From the NCBI GenBank assembly GCA_023334545.1, contig JAADVB010000021.1:61423-125422 (forward strand): a stretch of DNA of 64,000 nucleotides. Direction: 5' to 3'. The position numbers and the translations under genes were made by a program. A model generated the notes under the pieces. That model worked only from the letters and a program-made list of their open reading frames with translations. It searched no databases and was not told the DNA's origin. This document shows, piece by piece, positions 25,701 through 34,500 of this stretch (the first letter of the stretch is position 1; the number at the start of each line of letters is the position of its first letter). The stretch is from Salisapilia sapeloensis CBS 127946. Taxonomy: Eukaryota > Protista > Oomycota.

Positions 25701-27744
25701 CTTCCCAACTAGGACCCAAGACACTTTCCACTCGAGACAACAGAGCCATGAGCTTGCGCTCGATTTGCTTGGCCCACATGACTGCACCTGCCACTGGTGG
25801 AATGTCACGTAGTTTACTCACGTTCGAAGCTTCCGACAACGCGTACTGCTTCCGGAATTTTGCTTGGAGCTTGCCGACATCTTCCTTGACGCTTTCGAGA
25901 AGACGCATCTGGAACTGCTGGACGGCACTGCGGATGCGAGGACGGAAGAAGAGTGGGTTGTACTTGGCAAAGACACGGAACATGTCTTCGGCATTCATCG
26001 CTGCACTTAGACGAGTCGTTAGACTCCGGATGATACGACCTTCGACACGATCGATGCACATGTCGTACGACTTGAGAAGATTCCTCCAGCTACTGGTACC
26101 AGACGACGATACGTCTAACGGGTCGAAAGCATTCAACTGCGCATATGCAGCATTCACTTCCGCTAGCGCATCTCCATTCCCGTCACTTGCACCCGTGCTA
26201 AGGCTCTGAGATCCTAGCACACGCTCAATCACCTGCCGCAGCTTTTCATGCTGCGAACGGAACTCGTGCAACTCTGAGACACGATCTTCAATCGCACTGT
26301 GCTCCATCTGCAGCTCTGAAAGCAGCGGAGGTTTATCTGCTGCCATCGCTCCACGACGTTTTGCCAGCTCTTTCACTAGATCGTATAACGCGCCTAGCTG
26401 TCGATGCCACGTCGAGAACAAGTCTTGGCACTCACCCACGACCATATCAAAGTCACCAAAGGGTAGCTGGAGTAAGTCCTGTGCACGAAGGAGACTCGTT
26501 AGCTGGTGCGCGACGTCGCTCGAGAGGATCTCCACGAGATGCAAGAGGCGAGACAGCTTGTACTCCTCCGCGACACGGATCTTCTTCAAGTGACCGAACA
26601 CGAAAGACACGCCGTCCGTCAGCTGCGGAACGTCAGAAGCAGACAAAATCGCTTGGACTGGAAAGTCTTTCATCAATGCCATGACACTCGACACGCGCTG
26701 CATGGCTGGACGAAGGCCGTGGTCTGCATCGAACGTAACAGTCGCAAGATATCTCTTGGCTCGTTTCAAAAGCGTCAGCGTGATCTCGACTTCCGTCGAC
26801 GTCAACTTTTCTTGTGCATCCGAAAGCGCTCGATTCAGATCCCACCAGAAATTCACTTCCTGCATCACACTCCCAGGTAAAGGTTCATGCACTAATTTCG
26901 TCACTTTCTGAATCTCTCGAATCCACTTATTCACGCCGGACTGGATCTCGTTTAAGAAAGTAATGTCCTCCACTCGACTTTCGAGACCTAGAGCTTCCAT
27001 ATCGACGAGCACGCCCTTGTCTCGAACAAGAGTCGCTGCTTCCTCAATCACTGGATGGAACGTCAGCTGGACGGCAGGGATCTCCACGTTTTGTTGATAC
27101 TGGAGCAATGCTAGCTCCAGCTCCTTGATGCGACGTCGGATGGCTGGTAGACCCCTCGACCCTTCCTCCCGAGTCGAATGCTCTTGCTCCGATTCGTGGA
27201 TCCGAGCGTACTCCTGGACGAGTGGTCCAAAGGACTCGTGCACGTAGTTGTACATGGCCGACAGAACCTGTCCGCGATCATCGACATCCTCCTCGTCCTC
27301 CGCTTCACTCGTACTAGTGCTAGAGATATGTTCCGACTCGCTCGCTTTCTTCCATAGCCCCAACGTCATGACCTGGAGCTGATGGCCGAGCGGCGCATCT
27401 GTCGTCAGCGCCGACTGCTTTTGCTTGATAAAGCACACGACGTCGTGTCCCCACTTGGACCCGCCGGTGTACGTAACGCCTACATTAACACGTACTTTAA
27501 ACGGACTAGCTCCGTCTTTGGTGACGAAGCAGTGCACTTGTAGCACTCGATGATTCGCATCTGAAATGAACTGCTCGAGGACGGAGGAAGCGTCGCTTTC
27601 CGCCAGTTGCTGCTCGAACAACGGTCGGTCGCTAGACGCAGGTTCGCCTAGTAAAGGCAGACATGTATTCACCAAGTGTGTGGAAAAGCTATCGAGCGGA
27701 ACGTTGCTCTCCGCGTCGGATGGCCCCGACGTCGGATCCGCCAT
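13756..27744 (-). CDS. DYNC1H1: Cytoplasmic dynein 1 heavy chain, single ~14 kb exon
   Basis: Four P-loops GPAGTGKT, GSSGTGKT, GPPGSGKT, GESGAGKT; DEFNRL, MNPGYAGRSNLPDNLK, HYDFGLRALKSVL; stalk coiled coil; dynein-1 tail DIPPVAGAVMWAKQIERKL; likely start MADPTSG at 27744. Confidence 0.97.
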   Translation of the reverse strand: MADPTSGPSDAESNVPLDSFSTHLVNTCLPLLGEPASSDRPLFEQQLAESDASSVLEQFISDANHRVLQVHCFVTKDGASPFKVRVNVGVTYTGGSKWGHDVVCFIKQKQSALTTDAPLGHQLQVMTLGLWKKASESEHISSTSTSEAEDEEDVDDRGQVLSAMYNYVHESFGPLVQEYARIHESEQEHSTREEGSRGLPAIRRRIKELELALLQYQQNVEIPAVQLTFHPVIEEAATLVRDKGVLVDMEALGLESRVEDITFLNEIQSGVNKWIREIQKVTKLVHEPLPGSVMQEVNFWWDLNRALSDAQEKLTSTEVEITLTLLKRAKRYLATVTFDADHGLRPAMQRVSSVMALMKDFPVQAILSASDVPQLTDGVSFVFGHLKKIRVAEEYKLSRLLHLVEILSSDVAHQLTSLLRAQDLLQLPFGDFDMVVGECQDLFSTWHRQLGALYDLVKELAKRRGAMAADKPPLLSELQMEHSAIEDRVSELHEFRSQHEKLRQVIERVLGSQSLSTGASDGNGDALAEVNAAYAQLNAFDPLDVSSSGTSSWRNLLKSYDMCIDRVEGRIIRSLTTRLSAAMNAEDMFRVFAKYNPLFFRPRIRSAVQQFQMRLLESVKEDVGKLQAKFRKQYALSEASNVSKLRDIPPVAGAVMWAKQIERKLMALLSRVESVLGPSWEEHAEGKALKATTEAFLEKLNPQQVFDEWVRDLASMPIFDIKNIVLNIVTEENGRGKRRKKIVVAFNDQIVTLFKEVRNLEWLGYRVPFSVKMIAEDAKSKYPFAMSLDASLKTYRAAVSRIQPVFEPLAAPFVRDVRNTIGKTFAKGNEIRWHADGLKDYVSDLALKVEKLHDKVQELLGTSSEIEGLLDKLKALDHFDGGDIQPLLTQIQSHMDALSLANYSNLGVFAMNINKIISQTLVKKLETGLSTWTACFDMMDVEARESALETLGIELQTHQILLRNQTLYLAPAVSEARTVWIAELQQLINSVCDLPKIQASSYENVYRTGSSKGVSRLAMRQELTFREVLSSVSPDLIQQAYAAVNQVIHDVDKYASTWLQYQALWDMDASTAVSSVGDDLSKWQQILLEIKSERSGLDAVHTSKRFGPIIVDYQQVQAQVNVKYDVWHNEFLAHYGELLQDQMNDFYDALSSKRTLLEQHGLEAATSQVVAAITLIKEMSSVRETYGNQVGAFGEGERLLKKQRFRFPSDWPSLANVEGEWEAFTQLLDRKSAAMEGQLPQLQAKVLDEKAMLEKKVNKAVGEWDAAKPLQGSHEPKEALDLLTVYDTRFKQLQQDDERLRAALEAMSVTDTSADSFGFDDRRGPSGAILRVTEELHGLEEMWQCIANVWTQMEDVHDTPWSAVQPRKVRKELESMLEELRRFPSRVQQYEAFDQYVSAIQARQSAHALLSDLRSDAIKDRHWKRILQLLRISTSLGDMTLGTFWEAQKKLSATSELREVIRGAHGEMALDEFLRQVSDFWTSFELDLGVYQNRCRVIRGWDDMFAKLEEHLNSLVNMKQSPYYRVFSEVASGWEDKLTRIRSILDLWIDVQRRWVYLEGIFFGAADIKQQLPKEYARFQNIDNEFTTTMKRVAQKPMILDVANIPNLLYSLERQQEMMNNIQRALGEYLERQRNKFPRFYFVGDEDLLEIIGNSKEPTQIQRHLSKMFAGIASLELKDGRTVSGMVSREGEVVMFNQEIKVEDASKIHDWLGQVESQMRRTLSDLVGTALKKLPEVGEGKKFLEWVAAFPAQVVVLVIQITWCRQVEKACKSSDSHMSDVETSLAESLRLLSDCVISDADVNVRKKYEHLITEIVHQTNVTRQLIEKQVDSVQHFNWLYHMRHYFNPNAKDPLQRLVVSVSNADFTYGFEYLGVGERLVQTPLIERCYLTLTQALDLGLGGSPFGPAGTGKTESVKALGAQLGRFVLVFNCDEHFDFQAMGRIFVGLCQVGAWGCFDEFNRLEERVLSAVSQQILTIQHGIAGQKSVLSGSKKSSSSIELLGKTVQLHQDVGIFVTMNPGYAGRSNLPDNLKQLFRSIAMVAPDRELIARVMLFSQGIVSAEAIAPKVVLLFSLSSDQLSKEPHYDFGLRALKSVLVSAGQLKRKMRLQDEEMEVEELETEALIESIRDTILPKLVAQDSPIFEALLHGVFPHASAMKTREPKLYEKVIEVAAKHKFVSHETWVEKAMQLYRVMQLRHGVMLVGSSGTGKTSAWRVLLEALEEVDGRKADAHVIDPKAVSKESLYGSLDSATLEWTDGIFTQTLRQILNNVRGEKDRLQWIVFDGDVDPEWAENLNSVLDDNRLLTLPSGERLALPSNVWIIMETETLKHATLATVSRCGMVWFTDETVRVCDYVAHFFDTIGLDASSTPLSSQQFESETTRATLSTYLDILEKTIYRGDDAPSLVELCLEEATTLEHVMDVTRLRLLNSTFALVRQGLAKIHEYNDGHAYLPLTTDQIATFVPKWLAFSLVWGLGGSMNQENREKLSETVVRTMESRVSFPEFSDGATLLDYEVVVESGEWRLWQLSVPQMELEPQQILATDIVVTTVDTMRHVEVLRGWLSQHRPLILCGPPGSGKTMTLTSTLSSLPEFEFASLNFSSGTSVDLILKTFAQYCEYKRTRNGYTLTPKVLDKWLVVFCDEINLPEPDAYGTQRVISFLRQMIEHRGFWHGKKNVWVELDHIQFVGACNPPTDPGRHPLSHRLLRHAPVMLVDFPSYTSLKQIYGTFNHALLKLAPSLKSYSQPLTDAMVDIYDRNQKKFTADVQPHYIYSPRELSRWVRALYEAIQPLEFEIDVETLIKLMLHESLRLFMDRLVREEEQTWCFETSKEILANEFPQVMSELDTIDLNGNNPVLFSTWLSKTYAQVSPSELRKHIEARLRTFNEEEMDVQLVVFDSVLDHVLRIDRVLRQPLGHLLLVGESGAGKTVLSRFVSWINGMSVFQIKLTSSYTLENFDEDLRVVLKRCGCDGEKICFIFDESNVLDSAFLERMNALLASGEVPGLFEDDEYVSLMHACRESVQRDGVMVENTEDELFKYFTRQVQRNLHVVFTMNPATGDFRSRTNTSPALFNRCVVDWFGTWDDHALAQVAYEFTRPLDVADASKNFSLKEEASDLIEQTRVTTSSEPSFRDALVSTIVQMHHMVLHHMQRLQQRHLQYNHISPRDYLEFIRHFIKLFSEKKSQLEDQQLHLNVGVDKLKDTRKQVAELQAQLSVKEKHLTQKDKEANETLQRMVKEQNQAEEKQRETADLRTALEQQDAEISSRKETVEADLAQAEPALIEAQASVNSIRKAQLDELRALARPPAAVRMTLEAVAVMLGEKSLEWGDLRKFIRRDDFISQVVNFDSEKLTPRQRQTVQVNYVDKTDEFEYEKVNRASKACGPLYKWITSQLSYTQILHKIQPLRDEVQQLEDKSAGLRRDVMDADATINELEQRIAKYKTEYAALVSESERIKSDMSQVKTKVERSEALLDSLLQESERWENSSTSFEAQMETLVGNTLLSAAFLTYVGFLDFQQRKILSQDWQDILSSMGIKTEAQLSFVDYLSRPNQQLEWQASELPADDLCYENAIILERFNRFPLIIDPSSQARTFILRHYAMTSKGKITETSFLDKSFMKVLASAIRFGTALLVHDVERIDPVLNPVLNRELYKTGRRVLIRIGGEEIDYSPDFRLFLITRDPSTRFPPDISSRVTFVNFTVTPSSLQGQALSMLLKSEEPEVEEKRRNLLKLQGEYQAKLRELEDSVLQQINDVRGNILDDDSVINALEKTQSEAANIAEQSRETESTMAQVNNATMRYRPLAFACARLFFTLDNLSSVHYLYHYSLSVFLSLLSSVLSSCKKDAATGGQRLTSLANKLFSQVSTLVSPGLLEEDKLMFAMRLAQVYLEFDMESKDATDGASTKNIDAPSDEEVDILLSTMPTFLSSEASALREEMMTLLSPLNTLDVDRMLKLLQLSSFKHLVEHIQTHADEWVTFMQHPQAERHVPSGWDDAYVKEESPRRAAFRRLILIRYTRPDRLVYAAETFVDAVFGSNFPWRGDVDLRHVAQNSLHPSRAVLLCSKPGFAAGSEVDALAETMQKKYQSVSMGSAEGFEAAEKHLQTAQKYGTWLLLRNVHLCPEWLVSLEKKLFNARESTHSGFRLFLTSEIHPKLPVNLLRVCDRVVVEPPTGVKMNLLRSLDGVSSSRMEKAPAERSRLYFLLSWFHALVLERLRYVPVGWSKGYEFSQSDFRCACDVIDRWMDSVAGDRAHLPPDSIPWYALRTTLSESVYGGRIDNDFDQKLLVVLLDKVFTSQSYDTTYALVDDEDDKVLVPEGRSKDQFIESIQRLSMANPPTWLGLPRSAETMILVKDGEHTLKNLHCMQDLYGSEGADASEESMSVVLPSDQVQSTNANRPKWVVALEARVGTWLDMLPTHLPDSDSTSRAIRDPISRCLLREASTGKQCLSTVRTLLEKVRSVCAGEAKPTNEIRSVMVPLFQEQVPTDWQAWFRGASTLTLTEWFADFAKRLTQFRALATLDTPDYILSSADGIWLGGFFSPEALLTATRQLAAATIDCPLDELALVAERESHDETGAFGVSGLLVEGVEWTEGGIMPSDQVRTALPPIYLRWALKSDMQEYYQLPMYATSKRNELLCTIGVHAGNSDVDKSKWIERGVAFVLWQFTS

Positions 27745-27958
27745 CCTCGTTGTCGTAAAATCGTCCAAGATCGATCCTTTCTCCACATACTGCCACCTAT
27801 CCTTCATGACGTCTACCTCGTCGTGCTGGACCTGTACATACGAGTAGCAAGGTAGATGGAACTTTGTACAAGCTAGACATTGACATATATTAAGCACCGA
27901 TCGGCTGCTTGCGTGTTTTCTCCTCTTAAACTTTGTTTCTTTTGTCTTGTGTATTACC

Positions 27959-28431
27959 CTACTGTAAAGGTTTCTTCTTCGTCTGCTTCGTGACGAGCGA
28001 CTTGTGGATGTACGGAATGACACCTCCGCCAGCAATCGTGGCTTTGATCAACATGTCGAGCTCTTCGTCGCCACGAATCGCCAATTGCAAGTGACGTGGC
28101 GTAATTCGCTTCACTTTCAAATCCTTCGATGCGTTCCCAGCTAGCTCCAGCACTTCTGCAGTCAAGTACTCCATGATAGCGGCAGTGTACACGGCGGCCG
28201 TCGCACCCACACGCTGTTGGTTCGACACACGCTTTTTCAAGAAACGATGAATACGTCCGACGGGGAACTTTAAACAGCATTCATAAGTCACTGCTCGTCT
28301 CCTACCCTACGAATAGCAAAAGACTATCATACCTGTAGTCCAGCACGGTGGGAACGTGATTGCGGTGCTTTCTTGGACGTGACACCCTTGCCACCTTTAC
28401 CGCCCTTGCCGCCTTTGCCTGCTCCGATCAT
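27959..28431 (-). CDS. H2AZ: Histone H2A variant H2A.Z (one intron ~28270-28333)
   Basis: [16 protein letters not shown]...SRSHRAGLQ|[11 protein letters not shown]...[70 protein letters not shown], with H2A.Z-diagnostic residues. Confidence 0.96.
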
Positions 28432-28659
28432 GCTGCTCTGTATACACGAATCGAAAGCCCTTCATCAGTTCATCACTCTGTACTATCTATCAAAACAATC
28501 GACCGACCATGGTTCACGTAACGAGTGTAGGAAAGCGCGTCGCTTTACAAACTCTTTTCTGCGTTCTCCGCGCCAAAACTCAAACTGACCGTCGACAAGC
28601 ATACAAAAACCAAGTGCCACATACAATAGCCAAGTCCATTTTTGAATGCCTCGTACCAA

Positions 28660-29951
28660 ATGGGGGAACTCGAGGAGGCGCGCCATGGCTTCTTCACGGC
28701 CGCTCAGCACGGACGATCGGACGTCATCAAGACACTTGCAGAGCATGCTATCGGCCGGATAGACTGGAGCGATCTCATCGATCCAGATTCCGGAAATACA
28801 CCAATACACGTGGCGATCCAGCATGGGCAAGTGGATGCCGTACGAGCGCTACTGGCGGCAGGCTTCCCTCCCGACCTAGGTAGTGCTACATCAGCGTATG
28901 CAATGGCAGTCGAGAGTGGTGCAAAGGACCTAGTATTCGTGTTCCATCAATTTATCATCCAGAAGATCGCTGAGAATCACGTCGATGGCGTCCAGCAGCT
29001 CTTGCGATCCGGCATCGACGTTCGAATGACAGATACCATAGCTCAGAACACTTTGCTACACTGGGCAGTATCCTGCGACTCGTATCATGTGCTCAAATTC
29101 CTCCTATCGCTCCCACCTGTCCAGCAAGACAAGCTATTCGATCGTCGAAATGCCGATGGCTTCACGCCGCTGCATTTAGCCAGTCGCGCGAATCAGTTCC
29201 AGAGCGTACAGCTATTGCTCGAGCATAGCGCTGATCCTAGTATCGTATGCGATCGAGGCAATGGTAAAGGTCGAGTCGCAGCAGAGCTGACGACGTCGAA
29301 TGACGTGATGCGGTTGCTGCAGCTAACACCCGAGGCCTCCACAAACGTCGTGAAGAGACAAGGCGGAGGAGATAGTGGTAGGCAGATCGCCAAGTATGTG
29401 TTGCAGTTGGAAGAAAAGGACATTTTAATCGACCAGCTAAAGCACGCGATCGAAGAGCTCGTGACCGAGTCGGAGGAACGAAAGAAATTTGGCGAAGAGA
29501 ATCGCGTGCTCGAGTACGTCCGGTCTCTCCGACACGTACGTTAACCCAGGGTCGTCCATCGATTCCATACTAACAAGTCGAGTAGGAGAAAGCCAAGCTC
29601 GAGCAGCAACTGGCGGACGCGGAAGAGTACATTCAAACGCAAGAGATGCAGCTTGAACAGCTCAAGACGCAGATCCGAGAGCTATCTACTAACAAGGTAC
29701 TTGCATCTACCCAATCTATAAAATCCACATCTAAAGTATACATCTAGCAAGAGCATCCTAGCAAGAAGGAATCGACTGATGATTCAGCACACGTATCCCA
29801 TGCAACAAATCAGACGCCGGACGTGGAAGAAGAAAGTAGTCGAGTAGCTAGTCCAGTTCCATCCGCCCTGAGCCAGTTCTGGCGAGATCTATGGATGCTC
29901 GACACGTTAGATGCGTTGGATCTAGCTGAAGAAGAGGAAGCAGTCGTCTAA
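28660..29951 (+). CDS. Ankyrin-repeat protein with C-terminal coiled coil (introns ~29535-29583 and ~29697-29746)
   Basis: SGNTPIHVAIQHG, QNTLLHWAVSCD, GFTPLHLASRAN; coiled coil LQLEEKDILIDQLK; 3' exons read to EEEEAVV-TAA. Confidence 0.85.
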
Positions 29952-30372
29952 TCTTCTCTCATACTCAAGCATCCTCGTTGCTCCATCCAGTCGTACCTTG
30001 AAGAGTCGTTTGGATAAGAACATGTGCGTTTGACTTTGTTTTTGTATGGTGCGTTTCTCGCCCACCTCGCGACAAAGAAAGACAGCAGCAGACGCGAGCT
30101 ACTTTGTGACCCGCACCCTCCTTCCCCCCGGTGCGTTTCATTTGGCAGATTCCGTCGTCCATGAACAAACTACTTATTCCACCCTCCATGTATTCCTTCC
30201 AAACAGACTCCCAACCACATCCGTCAGCATCGACCGTCGCGCGAAGGCACGCGAGACGCCACCACCAACGACTGCGACACAAAGACTCCCTCGCACCTGT
30301 CTTTTCACTCGCGCATTCACTTGCTGCACCAAATAGCAACACGCATCCTCACAAGAGCTACACGCGACCAAC

Positions 30373-31345
30373 AATGCCGAGACAGAAATCCACCAAACGC
30401 ATTGACCCGGAAGCCGCCGTGGAAGCGTATGAAACCACGCGCAAAGTCTTTAAGCCCAACGGCAGCCCCATTATCAGTCCGAGGACAGCCAAGTCCAGTG
30501 TCGAGGAGCCCATCGGACCATCGCCACCACCGACCTCCGCGTCCGAAGACCAAGTCAAGACGCAGACACAGGACACAGAAAGAGATGAACGACGTCGACT
30601 GGAGCAGGAACGTAAAATCTCTCGACCGACAGGAGCTCAAGTCTGGGTCCAGCGTCTTTTAGCCACACACCACAAGAACCTCCAGTCGCTCGGACTCGAC
30701 CCGGTCGAATTCCCAAACACACATTTGTCGCTCAAACAGCTCGAGCAGCTCATTGGCCCCGTCATCTCCATGACGAGTCTCATGAAGGTCGAGCACTTTG
30801 GTATCCACGTCCCGACGCCGGACGTCGCTCGGACGATGAACGACGTCCACTATTGGAAACTATGGGAGTCGGATACGATCGACATTGGCATCTTCTTCAT
30901 GCCGCCCAACTCGGTTATTCCGCTGCACAACCATCCGAACATGAGCGTCGTCACGAGAATCCTGTACGGCAGTGCGCGCGTCCGGTCCTACGACCTCGTT
31001 CCTCACGCCGAGCTCGAAGACGTCCGGAGTGACAGCAGCACGGAGGACGAAGAGATGGACACGAAGCGAGACGTCAAGTGGGCTAAGGTCAGTCGTCACG
31101 GCGAGTTCGTCGGCGACTCGACCATGTGGCTGGACCCGCGCCGGTTCAACCTTCATCAGATCGAAGCGAGTGCCGAGAACGGGTGCGCGCTACTGGACAT
31201 CATGGTGCCTCCATACGACAATGCGAACCGAGACTGCCATCACTTCCAAGTCGTGGAAGAGCGAGAGCTCCCGGGGAAGAACGATCGACTGGTCAAGCTG
31301 CTCGAGTCCATCAAGCCAGACAATCACAACGAGCCGTCTCATTGA
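30373..31345 (+). CDS. ADO: Cysteamine dioxygenase / plant cysteine oxidase (ADO/PCO) family thiol dioxygenase
   Basis: IGIFFMPPNSVIPLHNHPNMSVVTRILYGSARVRSYD, NLHQIEA and CALLDIMVPPYD match PCO/ADO motifs; start taken at MPRQKST. Confidence 0.88.
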
Positions 31346-31524
31346 ACTGGATGAAAAAGGAGTGCATCGTGTAAAGTTTCCAAGGATGCCAAGCGTCGGC
31401 ACCGACCAAGAGGCAAGTCTAAGAGCTCGGGAGAGACTGCACGTCGGATCTGTATTGTAATGCATGTCGTCTACTAACAGGAGCAAATTTCAAAGACAAA
31501 TTCGTTGAGATGGTGTTGATACTA

Positions 31525-34500
31525 TTAAGACGTTGCTTTTAAAACACTCTTGATCGAGTACTTGAACGTGTCGAACTGGATACGAAGACGCGTCGGAGCA
31601 TCCAAGAGCGTCAGAAGCTCCATCTGCAACGGCGCACGGACAAAACCTACCAACTTCCTAGCACAATATAAACTCGACCCTTGGCCACCGAAGTCCTGTC
31701 GATACCACTCGCACACACGAGGCAGTGTGATCAAGTGCTTGCTGGCATCTAGCTCGATCGCTCCCTCGAGACTCTTCTGCACCACAGCATTCAGCTGCTC
31801 ATGCACTCGAGTCGGATCAAAGACGACAACGTCTTCCACGCCATCTTGATTCATCAAGAGCGCAAAGCTCAGTCGAAAGTCTGGATGGCCGAGACCGAAT
31901 CGACTCGACAGGCCGTTCTCTGGTAACTTGGACAGATGCGGCAGTTGCGCCGGTGGCATCCTCGCTCGTAGAATTGCATGCTCTATCTCGGCGAGCGACA
32001 ACGTCAGCTGCCGACCGTCTCCACATCCGACGGCATAGCACATGTGTTGCAGGAAGAAACCCCACTGCCTTTTACTTCTAGGGAAGCCATGGGAGATCAT
32101 GGCATGCACCAGGACGACGTGATATAAGTTGAGATAGAAAGCAATCTTGTCTTCATGACTAGCTGTTTGGTGGAACGCATCCAAGTCCATCGATCGGAGA
32201 CCACTGGCTTCATTTAAAAAGTCCAATATGTCCAGCACGGAGATCTGGTCGGCCGTATGGATGTGCAGACCTCGCCGAAGTGCTCGTTCCACTTGCTCTG
32301 TGGGAGATACCTTGAGTGCAGGAGGAAAGAGCGATCGAGAGTTGAGTACGACACGACGTGCTGGGCGTACACAAGGACTCGCCGTGTAGCATACGACCAT
32401 CTCTTCCGTCATGCATCGGTCTAGATTCTCTTGCGGACGACAGTGTTGAGACAAGACTCGCATCCACGTCGATCGTGCCTTGTCCGTCCCTAGACAAAGC
32501 ACAATCTCCTCTCCAAACGTACTCACTTGCAGTGCATACGAAAAGCCTTGCTCATGAGTCTGACTATACGGCATCTCTATCTCCTGGACACCGATCACTC
32601 GATCCACAGACACTCGCTTCGTCGCGTCCGTCGAGTACGTTCGATAGAAGAGCAGCTCTTGTGGTGTCACGAACAGCACTTCCTGTCGTAAGATCTCTTC
32701 TGTATGGAAACGATAGACGACGCCTTCAAAGCTCACGCCGAGGTCCTGTCGGTCTCTCTGGCTCATATTCACGCCAAGCCTCGACGGCGTACACGTCGCG
32801 TTCGTACTATCCGCAGGCTGGAGACGCTGTCGAGACGTCAAGAGTTCATACAAAGCTGCTTTCAACGCCACGACTTGCTCGCGGCTCGTGTCGGCCATCG
32901 CGTCTATACTACACATGCATCGATGGACCACCTGCGCTTCTTCCGAGATCGTGCTGTAGCTCCCAGAACGGGACTGGCAGTGGAAGCGCATGTTCTCCAC
33001 ATCCTCTCTAGCTGCGCCTCGCATCCACGACTTGGAGGCATGGAAAAGCTGACGCATATCGTACGCACTGACTGCTGCGAGCCACCCTCCTTCCTCTGAC
33101 CTGATATTAAAAACGTAATGGACCCGACGCAGACCGGAGGATAGTTGGATCTCCTCCAGCCAAAACGCGAGAGAGACGCGTAACGCATCAAAGTGTCTCG
33201 CACATGCATGTGCATCTAGACCAGAGTAGCTCTCGAGTGCGTTCGGTCCGTCGAGAGAACTCCCGTCGCTCACGTTCGTACTAAGCGGATAATTACTATC
33301 GACAGCAGTGGAAGACGCAGAGCCGAGAGCACTGTCGTCGCTCTCCGTTCGATCTCGACGACTCGTCATCGAGTTCCTCCTCGAACCCAATGGCGTCGTG
33401 TCGGGGGAGGCTGGAGGCTGGTGCTTGACTTCAAACGAGAATAAGTACTCTTTCTCTTTCTGCAAGTGTCTGTCCTCCATCGTGGCGTCGGAAGCCAAGT
33501 CGTAGGCTACGAGACGCAGCGGAAGGTTGTCGAAGAGATCCGAGAGACTCAAGTCTCCGATGCCTGGTAGATTCGCTGTCTTCCACTTGGCTAAGTCGGC
33601 GTACATGGTGTGGAAGTCGAACGAGTAAGTCGGACCGACGACGAAGCGTTCTTGACCGACAGGCGTTTCGTGTCTCTTTCGTCGAGCATTATCCGTCTCT
33701 CCGAACGACCGGGTGCCGAGAGACGGAGGTTCCACTCCCTCTGGCGTCATGACGAACTGGTCCACTGACTGGTAGAGAGGGAAAACGATACCTGGGCGCT
33801 GCGTATCTGCCGCATCTCCAAAGCTCAGGATAGCGCGACCCACGAGCTTGTTCACGATACGCATGACGAGATGAGCTATGCTACGAGTAAATATGCCTGG
33901 CGAGATGCGAGAGGGGAGCTCGCCACCGAGGAAGACGGTGCCTTTAGGAGACCGCTTGAACTTCCCCTGCACCTGTATCCAAAAGCAGCGCTGCCGATTC
34001 TCGAATAGATGTGCCCAAGTCGAATCCTTGGAGCTGGTGCGAGTGAAGATAAAGACGTGACCAGCGAAGAGGTCGTTTTCAAACGGAATCGGCAGATGAG
34101 AGTTCACCTGCATGAGTCGGCAGGTAGCAGTGCTGCTTAAATCCCGAACGAGCATCTGGTCGAGGCCGTACTCGCTTAGGAGATCCCCTTGGGATAACAG
34201 AGGCCCGACGTCCTCCAATAGACCGCTCGTCAAGACACTCTCGGTCGACACTTGGGAGCTCAAAGTGTCTTCCTGATGCGACGACTCGGACGCCGTGGCA
34301 TCGTCCTCTTGCTGTGTACATTTGATGTCGTCGGTATCAAACAAGCAAGAGGTTGGGAGGTAGGAGTTTACATGTAGCGAGGTCGTGAAGCGACGCCAGA
34401 GACGCTCGCCATGCTCGGCCGTGGCGACCACCAGCACCGCGACGACTAGTCCATAGAGTCCGAAGAGGTAGTGAGTGGCGACGCTGAGTGACGACAAGAC

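Noticed and set aside
27745-28035. 97-codon N-terminal extension of the dynein ORF in the ORF track
   Set aside because: Starts at a non-ATG codon inside H2A.Z and 3'UTR sequence; dynein-like sequence begins near MADPTSG
28385-28425. GGK tandem repeat
   Set aside because: Ordinary Gly/Lys-rich H2A.Z N-terminal tail, not a separate repeat element
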